Below are positions 50,301 through 61,930 of a stretch of 64,000 nucleotides of DNA, one piece after another; the first letter of the stretch is position 1, and every line of letters starts with the position of its first letter. The position numbers were made by a program, and so were the translations under genes. This DNA is from Amphiscolops sp. MND2022 (taxonomy: Eukaryota), in NCBI GenBank assembly GCA_964187785.1, contig OZ076418.1, forward strand, positions 35,402,001 to 35,466,000, read 5' to 3'. The notes below the pieces were generated by a model. It was not told where the DNA came from. It was given only the letters and a program-made list of their open reading frames with translations, and ran no database searches.

Positions 50301-50425
50301 ATGACATGCGACCACTCTTGATGGATCAAATAGATGATAACAAATCAATAGCGAATACGTCAGCCATTGTGGCCTTGAAAAGATACCGAAACGGCCTAGT
50401 GAAACAACAAAACTCCAGCAGATGA
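47340..50425 (+). CDS. RAG1/Transib-like DDE transposase with a C-terminal BRCT-like domain (~1000 aa when joined; one in-frame stop, one homopolymer frameshift)
   Basis: GT-AG intron 47508-47567 joins the frames in phase 0. Motifs KIDIWGDG (D ~48399), YSGDSPFL..VLGI (D ~48639), CPDATH, SPYK..CEGLEISNH (E ~49533). BRCT-like LRGLRFTIVG..LKDRISEMGGVV and FITVEYVLE..LDPESY. TGA at 47961; A8 run at 49675-49682. Confidence 0.7.
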
Positions 50426-50569
50426 TCGACTTTTACTCTGATTTCTGCAAATGCTTGTTACAATAAATGATTTCGAAGACATATGTTTTAATCTTTGCTT
50501 GTGGTACTAATTTAGCTTTTGAACATTTTTTTCTCGGAATTTTAGACAAGAAATCTTAAACATTTTAAA

Positions 50570-51520
50570 AGGGGTACATTTTAACCAATTTAAAAGGGGT
50601 ACATTCAGTAAAGCGTTAGTTCTAAATAGACTTTATTGCAGTGGATTCCACTATTCTGGAAAGTGTTCTTCATCCTGCGAAAAGCGAAATGCGAAATTGA
50701 CTAACATATACCAATACATTGACAGTGGATTCCACAAACAAATGCTTAAACATTTGCAACCCAATTCAAAAGGGGTACATTCAGTGAATTATTAGTTCTA
50801 AATAGTCTCAAGTTTCTATTGCAGTGGATTCCACTATTCTGGAAAGTATTCTTCATCCTGCGAAAAGCGATATGCGGAATTGACTAACATATACCAATAC
50901 ATTGACAGTGGATTCCACAAACAAATGCTTAAACATTTGCAAAACAATTCAAAAGGGGTACATTCAGTGAATTATTAGTTCTAAATAGACTCAAGTTTCT
51001 ATTGCAGTGGATTCCACTATTCTGGAAAGTATTCGTCATTCTGCGAAAAGCGATATGCGGAATTGACTAACATATACCAATACATTGACAGTGGATTCCA
51101 CAAACAAATGCTTAAACATTTGCAACCCAATTCAAAAGGGGTACATTCAGTGAATTATTAGTTCTAAATAGTCTCAAGTTTCTATTGCAGTGGATTCCAC
51201 TATTCTGGAAAGTATTCTTCATCCTGCGAAAAGCGATATGCGGAATTGACTAACATATACCAATACATTGACAGTGGATTCCACAAACAAATGCTTAAAC
51301 ATTTGCAAAACAATTCAAAAGGGGTACATTCAGTGAATTATTAGTTCTAAATAGACTCAAGTTTCTATTGCAGTGGATTCCACTATTCTGGAAAGTATTC
51401 GTCATTCTGCGAAAAGCGATATGCGGAATTGACTAACATATACCAATACATTGACAGTGGATTCCACAAACAAATGCTTAAAAATTTGCAAACCAATTCA
51501 AAAGGGGTATATTCAGTTAT
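50570..51520 (+). repeat. 183-bp tandem array (~5 units, alternating A/B variants)
   Basis: AAAAGGGGTACATT at 50592, 50768, 50951, 51134, 51317 and 51500. Each unit has two GTGGATTCCAC motifs. Confidence 0.92.
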
Positions 51521-52429
51521 TTATTAGTATACCCAGCAAAAAAATCAAATCAGGCTACATTAAATAAAATTGACAATTAACTCCCTCATAGTCGTGACGA
51601 AAGAAATCTTGAACAAAGTTAATGATCAAAATCAACATACCGTATATACCGGCAAAGAAGCCCCCTCCCCCTTTTTTGAGTTTTTGGTGGTCAAAAGTTT
51701 GGCGAGGGGCTTATACGATGAACATAAAACGAAGACAGTTTTTTTCGGAATCAAAAATTTGGCATGATTTTAGAGGATGTTGCAGTTGATTTCTTTTTGA
51801 GGAAGTTTCAGAGCCCGAAGAAATGACAGATGATAACTCCACTTTTAGTCCGTGAGAATTGAAAATTGAATTTATATCAAGAAAGTTCATTCAATTGACA
51901 CTTATTGAACTTTTATTTTCTTTCAATTTTCTAAAGTGCGTTTCCAAAAATTTTGGTAGGTTAAAACGAGTCATTTTGTATTCTAGAAGGAGTTTGCTCT
52001 CTTTCCATTTTTCAATTCGCTTCAATGTTTTGTTTACCATTCATTTGTTCAACACTATTCGTTCACTCAGCACAATTGGAATGAACCTGACGAAAGTGTC
52101 AATTTAGTAAACTTGTGTGCAAATGTAGTGGTATAAGACAAAACTGTTACACAAGTTTACGGAACCGAGAATGCTAATTCGATTTTGATTGGCTGCCGAA
52201 GTGGATGTAGGAAATGTTCTTCTAGTTCAGGAAATTGATTCTTTGTCGTTCGACCTTTCAATTCAACAGCTTGCTAGTTTTGTTTAATTCAAGATACATT
52301 CGTTAAGCCCTTCTCTTACCTTTGTCTAATTCTAGATTCCCTAAACGTTGCCTGCTTCCTCATTCCACAATGGTTGGTTTCTTTCTTAAGAATGTTTTAC
52401 ATCTACAATTTGGGATACGAAGTAAAAAT

Positions 52430-52880
52430 TTCAGTTTTAGTTGGAAAAAATTGAATATCCACTGTGAGTATAAAAAAACTGTTTTAATACACACCGCTTT
52501 GGTTTTGGTACTTACCGTGAGTAAGTTATTGTACTCGTTTTTGGTATCCACCGTGAGTAAAGTATTATCCTGCATTTGTACAGAAATTTTTTGTATCCAC
52601 CGTGAGTAGTGGAAAAAAACTTTGGTTAGAAAAAAAATTGTACACACTGTCAGCAAAAATGTTAGTTTCAGTTGGAAAAATTCGAGTATCCACCGTGAGT
52701 AAAAAAACTCAGTTTTAAGAGACACCGCTTTGGTTTTGGTACTTACCGTGAGTAAATTATTGTACTCGTTTTTGGTACACACGGTGAGTAAAGTATTGTC
52801 CTGCATTTGTTTAGAAATTTTTTGTATCCACCGTGAGTAGTGGAAAAATCTGAGTTAGAAAAAAAATTGTACACATTGTC
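52430..52880 (+). repeat. ~240-bp imperfect duplication rich in GTATCCACCGTGAGTA motifs
   Basis: Motif at ~52455, 52544, 52593, 52686 and 52824. Confidence 0.75.
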
Positions 52881-53555
52881 AGCAAAACTGCTCTTGAATT
52901 TTCATACAAAATTTTTGGTTTCCCCCGAGTAGTAAAAACGAATCTGAGTTTGAACTGCCATCCTTTGAACAGGCCTGAGTGAAAAACTGTTCACAATTTG
53001 CAGAGAAATCTGGGAGTAAAATATTGTTATCGAATTCGTGGGTCTTTTCTGCTACAACCCCTCCGCCCCTCCCAGAAGTTTACTTCCATCCCACTCAATT
53101 CACCAAGAAGTGAATCAATATGAAGTCAATCTTATACAACAATTCTTGTCCTAATTTTTGAAATGTTGATAGGTGTTCATCATTAAGAAGTGAATCATCA
53201 GAGAGTGAGTCGAATACCTCGATTCTTATCCTGACAAAAAAATATTGGGGATAATTTTTAAAGAATAGAGTGGGGGAATAACAGAAAAGACCCGAATTCG
53301 ATCTCTATCTCGTTTTAAGGGAAAGCAATCGAATACCCATGTCAAAGACTAATTCTTTTTGATACTCAACTGTTGTCAGATGAAATCAGAAAGCAATCAC
53401 ACGATATGAAGAAAAGATTAAAAGTTGTTGTTAACATAGACAATCAAATTAAATTTCGCGATAGCAAGATCAAAGTTTTTACATAATATTTGAAAAATTA
53501 GGTATACTCAGTTTTTCTGAGATAACATAGGCTGTAAAAAGTCGACTGTAAAAAG

Positions 53556-53628
53556 CCGACACGATAGAGACTCGAACCCACGATCTTTGGCTTCATAGTC
53601 TAGTTGCTTACCACTCGGCCATAGCGCG
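53556..53628 (-). ncRNA. tRNA-derived Pol III-type unit or tRNA pseudogene
   Basis: A box TGGCCGAGTGG, B box GGTTCGAGTCT, T5 immediately downstream. Anticodon stem does not pair. Confidence 0.55.
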
Positions 53629-53868
53629 TTGTAATTTGTTTGTTTTTTTAACCATATTGTTAAACAACTGAGATATTTATCTCCATTTTAAAATGATGGC
53701 GTTCTAAATTCATTTGTGGTTTGGCATGTTCTGTTTTTTTTTGCTTGTTCGTTTCCTCTTTTTTCGGATTGGAAAAACAGGTCTTTATTTGAAATGGGAG
53801 GTTGTAATATCTTTTAGCGGTTTGAAATTTTGGCGTTTACATGTAAGACGCTTCGAGGATAAACTATA

Positions 53869-56800
53869 ATGTTGTTTTTGTTTCTACAGACTGAATACAG
53901 CTGCCCCAACTGTTCGTACAAGTCGAACCGCCGCACGAATTTTGAGAGGCACCAAAAAACCTGCGGTACAAAGCAGCCGCAAAACAAAGCCTGTCCCCGT
54001 TGCAAGAGGGTCTTCGCCACCCTTGTAACGCTCAAGCGGCACATCGAGAAAGCGAGGTACTGCACGACAGACATACCCCAAAATGAAAGAAAGTACAGTA
54101 AGTAGATCAACTATGTCAACTATTTGCGGCTCTTTTCGTTCCCCCCACCACATTTTTCATGAAAAAAATAGTGAAAAACTTATATCACAAAGACATGAAT
54201 ACAAACCAGTAAAGCCTCAAATTTATATTTTTTCTTAGTGTGACAGTTTAGGATTTAGATACAAATAAATACGAACATAATACTAACATAAAACGAACAT
54301 AAGGATAGTCTGCAAGTTTTATATAATCTGCGTTCGTTAGTTTACTTTTTATTCAATAAAATTTTATAGGAACTGCCAACCCCAGCAAGAAATATCCTTG
54401 CACATCCTGTAGTGAGGAATTTGCCCGGAGTGACTCCCTACAGAGACACCTGGAACGATTTCCCCTCCACAAAGACAGCGACATGGCAATGACGAGCGAG
54501 CCTAGTCGACGGGCGTACGAAGGGTCAAGTCTCTTCGTAAAGTACCTAGAGGACATGCCGCTATCAGAGGAGCCGTGGAACTGCTGCAGGTGGGAAAATC
54601 AGCAAGAAGACGAAAACGGCATGGTCTTGAAAGCACTCTCTCGTGGCCAGCCGATATTATGGAAGAACGGGGCTATGAACTCGCGAGGTTTGAAGCTCCC
54701 AGTTTTGCCCGCTGAGGACTTCGTCCACCAAGTGGAGTTCTTGCTGCAGCACTTGGCTAATCCTGCAGCGAAGCTTGCTGCAAAGTCATCACGGCTGCCA
54801 CAAGAACAACAGGTGAACATATCCCGCCATTCTTTGTATTTTTCGAATTTCACAAACTTCATTCAAGTATAGCGTTTTACCATTAGTGATAAAATTTATT
54901 GTATACGTTGAATCAAAACATATTGAGATTTAGTATCCACTAGGGTCATCGTTGGCAGTGGATTTCACTGTAAGTTATCTAAACATTGGTAAAGTAATTT
55001 CAAAGGAGTATGCTTGAAATATATATTTTTGAATTTTAGGTCAGGTCTTTAACAGTGAGAGAGTACCTGGACGAGCAGCGAGCGGGGCCCTCAGCAGCAC
55101 CCACGGGAACATTTCCTGTCAATGTCATTGACATTGCACTCGAACGGAATGTAAGTTTTTTTATCATATCTTGGAAGGGCTCATATTGGAAAAAATTACT
55201 CTTTGAATTTGGTGTCTTTACAGTGCCAAAAGTCAGTGAAATACATGATGCACCCTTCTATTGTTCAAATTTTTAGCAACTAAATGGATGTTGAAATTGG
55301 CGACCACTGTAAGGAGTCTTTGTTCTGAAACCGTTTGCTGAGGTCTTGTCGTTTTGGTTTAGTTTTTCCAAGTACCGGATTTCGTCAGACACTGTGCGGC
55401 CGATCATCTGGCAGATGAGTGTGTGGATGCAGCAGCGCACTTCACCGAGGCTACATCCAATTATTTGCTGGTCTCAAACGACCAGTGTCTCACGCCGTGG
55501 CATGTCGACTTCTCCAGCACGACTGCCTTTTATACTGTCGCCCGAGGACAGAAGACCTTCTGGCTGGTGGAGCCGACAAGCTCAAAATTGCAGCTCTTTG
55601 AGGAGTGGAGCAATATCCCCACAAAAAGGTGAATGTACTCAGATCATGCACTGAAAACATACTCATCTCAAAGTCGACATTTTGCGAAGAGCACATTATC
55701 AATCATGCACATGATTCAAAATCATTGAACCAGTTGTTTCGTTTAAATTTATACTAATTTGTTTTTATTTAGACCAACTTCCTTCGGGAACCTGAAGGCC
55801 CTGACAGGTGGGGTCCACAAACTTGTGGTGGAAGCAGGCGACATCCTCGTTTTGCCTGCACGCTGGCCACATATAGTGGCAACAAAGGGAGACGCCATTG
55901 CTTTTGCCTCCAACTTCCTCGCTGTCACACATTTCCCTCTGATTGTGGACAGTCGCCTCAACGCCAGTCAGCAGGAAATAGACGACGAAGAGGTTTTTCC
56001 CGGAGTTGTTCGTGTGTATGCTGTGCTACAGTTTAAAATACGACAACTCCAGCGAAAACTCAATTCCCTGAGAGGATCATGGAGTCCCCTCTTCTCCAGC
56101 CCACAACTGACTCTTCTGAAAGAGCAGATCAGCAGTGAGCTCGACGCCATCAAAATGGTAATCAATGTTTGTTAATTATGAATGGTAACTGATAATGTAG
56201 AAAATGTAGATAATGTAGAAAAGAACTAATCTCTTCCACGGACTGGGTTGTGAACTACGGATTTTAATGGTTCTCGTTTGGAACTGCCTAACAATTTAAA
56301 CGTATTTTTTCAAATGTAATTGTAATTTTGCACATTTCTCATTGAATTCGCTCTTTTCATCATTGTCAATGGCTTTTGTTACCAGGTGTATCCAGCTTTC
56401 AATTTGAATCAACTGGGATTGAGGGGTCCGGAGAAGCCCTATTGCGACCCAAAAGGGCCACTGTACGCCTTCACAGGGACTGTGAAGGACGTCCGAATTG
56501 GGCCTACACACCAGGCCGAAATCCCCGAAATGTCACAGAAGGGAAGGAAACGTGACCGCAGCATCCTTCAAAAGGAGGAGGACGTCTTCGATATAGGTAA
56601 GAAGTAGCAATTGTTGATGTCATAATTTTCGAAATCTTGATGTTAAACCTTTCATAGATATTTGACCACTAGTCTATCGGAAAACCTTGAAATTGTATCT
56701 GTTGAAAGAAAATCACAAACCCCATCGTTATGATCTGTTTAGACATCCTGCCGCCTCTCATTGCAAGCTGCGACACTTTCAAAGAGTTTTTGAGCAAGAA

Positions 56801-56876
56801 AGTTGCTCTCTACAAGCTGGCCTTTGCAACGAGCTTACATTGCAAAAGAAGCCTCGAGAAAAATTCACTCTGGTGA
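53869..56876 (+). CDS. Spliced C2H2 zinc finger - JmjC (KDM2/KDM7-like) - ELM2-like protein
   Basis: Phase-compatible GT-AG exons 53890(53869)-54097, 54370-54812, 55040-55150, 55363-55628, 55773-56157, 56386-56596, 56743-56876, with AATAAA overlapping the stop. Three C2H2-type fingers. JmjC PWHVDFSST..GQKTFWLV..AGDILVLPARWPHIV..FASNFL. ELM2-like VRIGPTHQAEIP. The true 5' end is uncertain. Confidence 0.85.
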
Positions 56877-57044
56877 ATAAAGAAGCTGCCTGGAGCAAAC
56901 TTTTATAGTTTATTGTTTTTTATCAAACTTTTTAGTTTAGAATTGAACAGAATTTATTTTAAAATTTACTCTTTTATATTGGTTCGCAAATGTTCGAGCA
57001 TTAGTTTGTAGAACTCACTTTTAATGTATTGAAATACGTCTGTC

Positions 57045-57415
57045 GATTCCGCATATCGCTTTTCGCAGGATGAAGAATTTTTTCCAGAATAATGGAATCC
57101 ACTACAATAGAAACTTGAGTCTATTTAGAACTAATAATTTACTGAATATACCCCTTTTGGATTGGTTTGCAAATGTTTAAGAATTTGTTTGTGGAATCCA
57201 CTGTCAATGTATTGGTATACGTTAGTCAATTCCGCATATCGCTTTTCGCAGGATGAAGAACACTTACCAGAATAGTGGAATCCACTGCAATAGAAATTTG
57301 AGTCTATTTAGAACTAATAATTCACTGAATATACCCCTTTTGGATTGGTTTGCAAATATTTAAGCATTTGTTTGTGTAATCCACTGTCAATGTATTGGTA
57401 TACGTTAGTCAAATC
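57045..57415 (-). repeat. Two inverted copies of the 183-bp unit
   Basis: Reverse complement of the 50570-51520 units. Confidence 0.88.
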
Positions 57416-57741
57416 CACTTATTGTTTCTGGCTAGATGCATTTAGGTTTAGTAGAACGTTTGTACCAAAAATCTGAATGTGCAAAAACCAAAGTAACAAA
57501 GCATTATTACGTATCGGGAACAGTTCTGAATAATAATTTGAAATTATCTACTGGGGAGAATTTTTCAAGAAAGTAGTCGCAAGTGAAAAAAGTTTTTTGA
57601 CATCATTTATTGTAACAAGGACAATACTACTGTAACAATCGAATTAAGAAAAAGAATTTTATCAATGCAATACCAACAAAAAGACCATTGAATTTATTTA
57701 GGGTAACAAAACAGACGCTTTTTGAAGATGTATTTGCACAT

Positions 57742-59082
57742 TTACTCACGGTGGATACCAAAATTGCTACCCCTATTGGTCAACAAAGTATTCAATGTGC
57801 GCATGTTGAATGTTTTGCCTGAAGCTTTGTCGATGGTCTCCATTTTTTTGTAGTGGCCTTCAGTTGTAGTTATGTGGCACCTGAGTGAGAACATCATAAA
57901 GTCGCGATGTTCCGTGAATTTCAAAGTCTTGATCAATGTTGCAGGCTCATCTTCAAGCGTATCTGGAATGATGTCCCAGTTCTGGCCCAATATAAAATCT
58001 AAGCTGTTGTAGCTTCCCAAGTTTCCCGTTTCAACTTCTATTGAAAATTTCACGTTTTCTCTGCTTGAGTCCGACTTGAACCCACAGACACGTTTTGTGA
58101 GCTCTGTTGCAGGTATCATGTTTGTCACAGTTGATGACTTCTTGAACGACAAACCAACACATCTCTTAATTGCAGAAAAGACTGCAAACGTTCTATCAAC
58201 ATCATTATCAAGAGTGAAATGTTTGATTTCCACGTTTTTTAAATAGTCCGAGATCTTTAACGAACAATTGTTTACTGGCATCCTAAGTTCGCAGTCTTCG
58301 TCGTCCATGGATACCATTATTGCAAATGGTTTCAACTTCTGTGCACTGTAGTACAAATCCTCCACTTTGAATTCCGTTCCAGACAAAGTAATAATGGATC
58401 CTTTTTGACAAATTCCATTGACACATGGTACATAGCTTAATTTGACATCAACATCGGTTTGCGGTATCAATGCTGAAAAGTCTATTTCTGGTATTTGTGT
58501 TTTAGGTCTTTTCTGTTTTGGTTCTTCCCGATGTTCCTGCCTCGTCTCTTCAGCTTCCTCGTCGTCTTCTGCTTTCTCATCGTGAACATGGGTATCTTCC
58601 ACTGAGTTCTTCAAATAACAATAAGGGATAAATCTAAACATTTTGTCCATCTCCACGACACACTCATGGGTAAATGGGTCATTCGTCGAAATAGTTCCCG
58701 TTTTGATTTTTCCATGGGAATCAATAAAACAATGCCCCACACACTCACAATCGGGTAGCCAGAATGTCACAGGCTCGTTTTTTTGCAGTCGGTTTGGGTT
58801 ATACGACAGGGGTTTAGAACGCTTTCTCGACATGACTGGTTGCGAATGTCGTGCTTTTCTAATGTTCCACCTGTTTGGGTCAGGACGCAATTCTAGGGGA
58901 ATTTCAATTTTCTGCAGACGATTGTTCCAGTCGATCCATTGGATTTTCAGAGACCAATCACTTATGAACGCTATTATCTTCGCAGACTCCCAAATATAGG
59001 TTTCAGGGTCGAGGATTTGGACAATTTCATTCAATATAAAAGTTTGCAGAAGCATTGTAGTGGAGATTAAAGTTGACTTCAA
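57742..59082 (-). CDS. 446-aa ORF with a possible N-terminal Tudor/Agenet-like domain
   Basis: Uninterrupted ORF. EIVQILDPETYIWESAKIIAFISDWSLKIQWIDW has the aromatic beta-strand pattern of Royal-family readers. The remainder is unrecognised. Confidence 0.6.
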   Translation of the reverse strand: MKSTLISTTMLLQTFILNEIVQILDPETYIWESAKIIAFISDWSLKIQWIDWNNRLQKIEIPLELRPDPNRWNIRKARHSQPVMSRKRSKPLSYNPNRLQKNEPVTFWLPDCECVGHCFIDSHGKIKTGTISTNDPFTHECVVEMDKMFRFIPYCYLKNSVEDTHVHDEKAEDDEEAEETRQEHREEPKQKRPKTQIPEIDFSALIPQTDVDVKLSYVPCVNGICQKGSIITLSGTEFKVEDLYYSAQKLKPFAIMVSMDDEDCELRMPVNNCSLKISDYLKNVEIKHFTLDNDVDRTFAVFSAIKRCVGLSFKKSSTVTNMIPATELTKRVCGFKSDSSRENVKFSIEVETGNLGSYNSLDFILGQNWDIIPDTLEDEPATLIKTLKFTEHRDFMMFSLRCHITTTEGHYKKMETIDKASGKTFNMRTLNTLLTNRGSNFGIHRE

Positions 59083-59478
59083 CAGAAAGAAATACTTGAG
59101 CTTACTCTGAGCATAAACTGTTCAAATTTGTGCAAAGTGATTACCAGGTGTCAACACATAAACTGCGCGAAAAAGAGGCTAATTTTACGGTGATGATCCT
59201 AAAAGAAGGTGTAATTCCGTTTTGAGCGCTCAATAAAAGTAATTATACTAGCAATTAGCTTTTAAGCTCATCTCGTGAGTGTTAATATATTTGAATAGGC
59301 ATTTGAGTCCCGAAAGGACTCAACCACCGTAATAAACCTGATAACACTCACTGGTTGAAATTATTAATTTAGTCACTGTGAAGTGCAATGGGTGAAATCG
59401 AGTCTCTGCTAATTATGAAAACGACGCTTTATCGAAAAAATTAATTTCAAAATTGTCATTTCTTTTTACATCATAATT

Positions 59479-61461
59479 TTGATTCATTCAGCGAAATCCA
59501 CTGTCAAGATTTATTCTCCTAGTTTTATGAATACTTCTACAATGCCTGACAAAATTACAAATCTAGAATCGACACGCATGTGTCCATCCCAGACTTCTAC
59601 ACCTGTGCAACAGTCACATCGACGATCTACCGACTGGAATGTGCCGCCAGATTTCCTCAGTAATGCATCCATGTTTTGTCCGCCATCTTATTCGCCAATT
59701 CCATCGGCCCCCGAGGAGGGTTTCTTCAGTGCAACTAGAATGATGAACTCTGATGGGATCGAGCACTTGATTGAACATACGCCCACAGAAGCTCTAGAAC
59801 ATTTACTGCAGAATGCTCACAATCTGACTCAAATTCCTTTGCCGCCTGAGAACCCACTACAACAGGACCCCCCGTCACAGAATTCACTGCCTCACCAGAA
59901 CTTGCCACCCCAGAGCAATGTGCCCGGGACCAATGTGCCACCCCAGCTCAATGAGCCACCCGGGAAGCGTCCATTTGACTCCCAGTGCAGTGAGGATAAT
60001 TCAAGTAACAGTCAATCCAAATGTGCGAAAGTTACTCACTTTGACAACAACATGTACGAAAGAACGTTGGCTAAACATGTCCAGGCATCGAAAGAAAATG
60101 TGGGACTAGTACAAAAAGCTAAGTTGGAACTCTTTCGATGCATAATTACAACCCTGTTTATGTATGCGGTACCACCTATGCTTGAAAGTTCCATCCGGAA
60201 TGTCTCGGTACACTCAGTTGTGCAAATCGTGATGGATCACGAAGAAGATTCACTGAGCGACGCCTTCAATCTCTGTGTGGAACACACAATTGGATCATCG
60301 GAACGAACAATTCACAAAGTATCCGGAAGTCTTGTTGAAGCATTGAAAGTATATTTGACACAAATTCGGCCATTTTTTGTTACCAATCACACCAAGTTAG
60401 CCATTGTTCGATACGAAAAGGCCGACAAATGTCCAATTATTGCAGAGTTATTCTTTGTGAATTCAATTGGTAAAACGGACTTCCGCGTTAAATCTGTTGT
60501 AGATCTTTTCATTTCAAGCAAAAAAGCAGAAACAAAAGATCAATATACATTGAAAGGTAAAGTCGCGGAACTGATGCCCCTTTCCAATGACCCATGCTTC
60601 AAAATCACCAAGCTGAAACATGCAGTGAATTTGGTTCTTTCGAATGTTGAAGGTTTCGACAAAAACGATGTGAGAAACGCTGTTCGCGCTCGCCAAGACC
60701 AGCAAAGGTACACTCGCCAGTCAGCCAGGGCCTTGTTATACTTTGAACACGTTTCTGGGAAAGTTGCTATTAACTGTCTTGAGTCAAGAGTGGCGGCATT
60801 TTTTCAGCGACAAAAGTGGACTTCGCTGGAGGATAAGAACCAGGACGTGAAGAAAGTGACAGCGCAGTTATTGATTCTCTCTAACAACCAGTCAATTAGA
60901 AAATCTTCGCAGGTACCTGAGAGCAGTGGAATTCGGTATGCTGGACTTGCTCATAATTTGCCATATGAAGAACAAATTTTGTTGTCGCAACGATGTGAGA
61001 CGCAGCTGTGGCCTGGAATCTGTTTGGCCAAAATGTCAAAATTTGGGAGATGTGTGATTGCCACACAGAAATTTTCAAAGGACGACATTTTGATGGATTA
61101 CCATGGCGAGGTGTATTTAAACATGTCATTGAGCCAAGTCCTCGAGAAAGAAGGTGTGGAGCAAGAGTTCGTTCTGGAGGTTAAAAGTGGCGCCTCTAGA
61201 AGAATCATTGATGCCTCCAAAGAGATTTGCCCCCTTCACCCAAATATTCGCTGCCCTGGACGTCTTGCCAACCACTCGCAGTTGAAATCAAACGGCGCCA
61301 ACATGAAGCCAACAGTGATCGAATTGTTTCAAAATGGCAAAAAGATTGTAGTGTTCCGAGCTACACGTGATATTCTACCATTTGAGCAGCTCCGTTTTGA
61401 TTACAATGACCCCATTGCCAATCAACTTTTCCATGAAGATTCTCAACCGATGTTTGACTGA
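59479..61461 (+). CDS. SET-domain (KMT5A/SET8-like) methyltransferase with a degenerate tyrosine-recombinase-like middle region
   Basis: SET motifs FGRCVIAT, DYHGE, GRLANHS, QLRFDY, with no post-SET Cys cluster. The middle region IRNVSV..LCVEHT..LVEALKVYLTQIRP..LFFVNSIG resembles a YR fold. Confidence 0.85.
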   Translation: MIHSAKSTVKIYSPSFMNTSTMPDKITNLESTRMCPSQTSTPVQQSHRRSTDWNVPPDFLSNASMFCPPSYSPIPSAPEEGFFSATRMMNSDGIEHLIEHTPTEALEHLLQNAHNLTQIPLPPENPLQQDPPSQNSLPHQNLPPQSNVPGTNVPPQLNEPPGKRPFDSQCSEDNSSNSQSKCAKVTHFDNNMYERTLAKHVQASKENVGLVQKAKLELFRCIITTLFMYAVPPMLESSIRNVSVHSVVQIVMDHEEDSLSDAFNLCVEHTIGSSERTIHKVSGSLVEALKVYLTQIRPFFVTNHTKLAIVRYEKADKCPIIAELFFVNSIGKTDFRVKSVVDLFISSKKAETKDQYTLKGKVAELMPLSNDPCFKITKLKHAVNLVLSNVEGFDKNDVRNAVRARQDQQRYTRQSARALLYFEHVSGKVAINCLESRVAAFFQRQKWTSLEDKNQDVKKVTAQLLILSNNQSIRKSSQVPESSGIRYAGLAHNLPYEEQILLSQRCETQLWPGICLAKMSKFGRCVIATQKFSKDDILMDYHGEVYLNMSLSQVLEKEGVEQEFVLEVKSGASRRIIDASKEICPLHPNIRCPGRLANHSQLKSNGANMKPTVIELFQNGKKIVVFRATRDILPFEQLRFDYNDPIANQLFHEDSQPMFD

Positions 61462-61930
61462 TGGAATCGTCAGAAAACTCCGTTTACAAAACACTTTTCT
61501 TTGTTGTGTATTCAATTTTTCACTACTTTCGTTATAATTTCACTTGTATGTAAACACTGATTGCTACAAGTACAAATGTTTGTTTTTCGTAATATCGAAA
61601 CAAAACACCGTAAATTACATTTTCCCTTGCAACGTCTTCTTCACTCGAATTTAGATTTCCATTCATCATTCGGCTTGTAATTCATTTTGAAATTTTGGTA
61701 TCCGCCTTGAGGTATTTGAAAAATGGAAACTAGTTGTACCTAAAATACACTAAAATACACGAAAGAGCTGTGTGTGGAATTTGATGTAGAATTGATAAGG
61801 TCTCCGTTGCAGTCAGCAGTATGCTTGAAGTGAGTTTTCCGGAACCAAATTTTGGTATCCACCATGAGGTAAATGAAAAATGTAAGCTAGTTATACCTAA
61901 AAGTATGTGTGTATAACTAGGTAACTAGCA

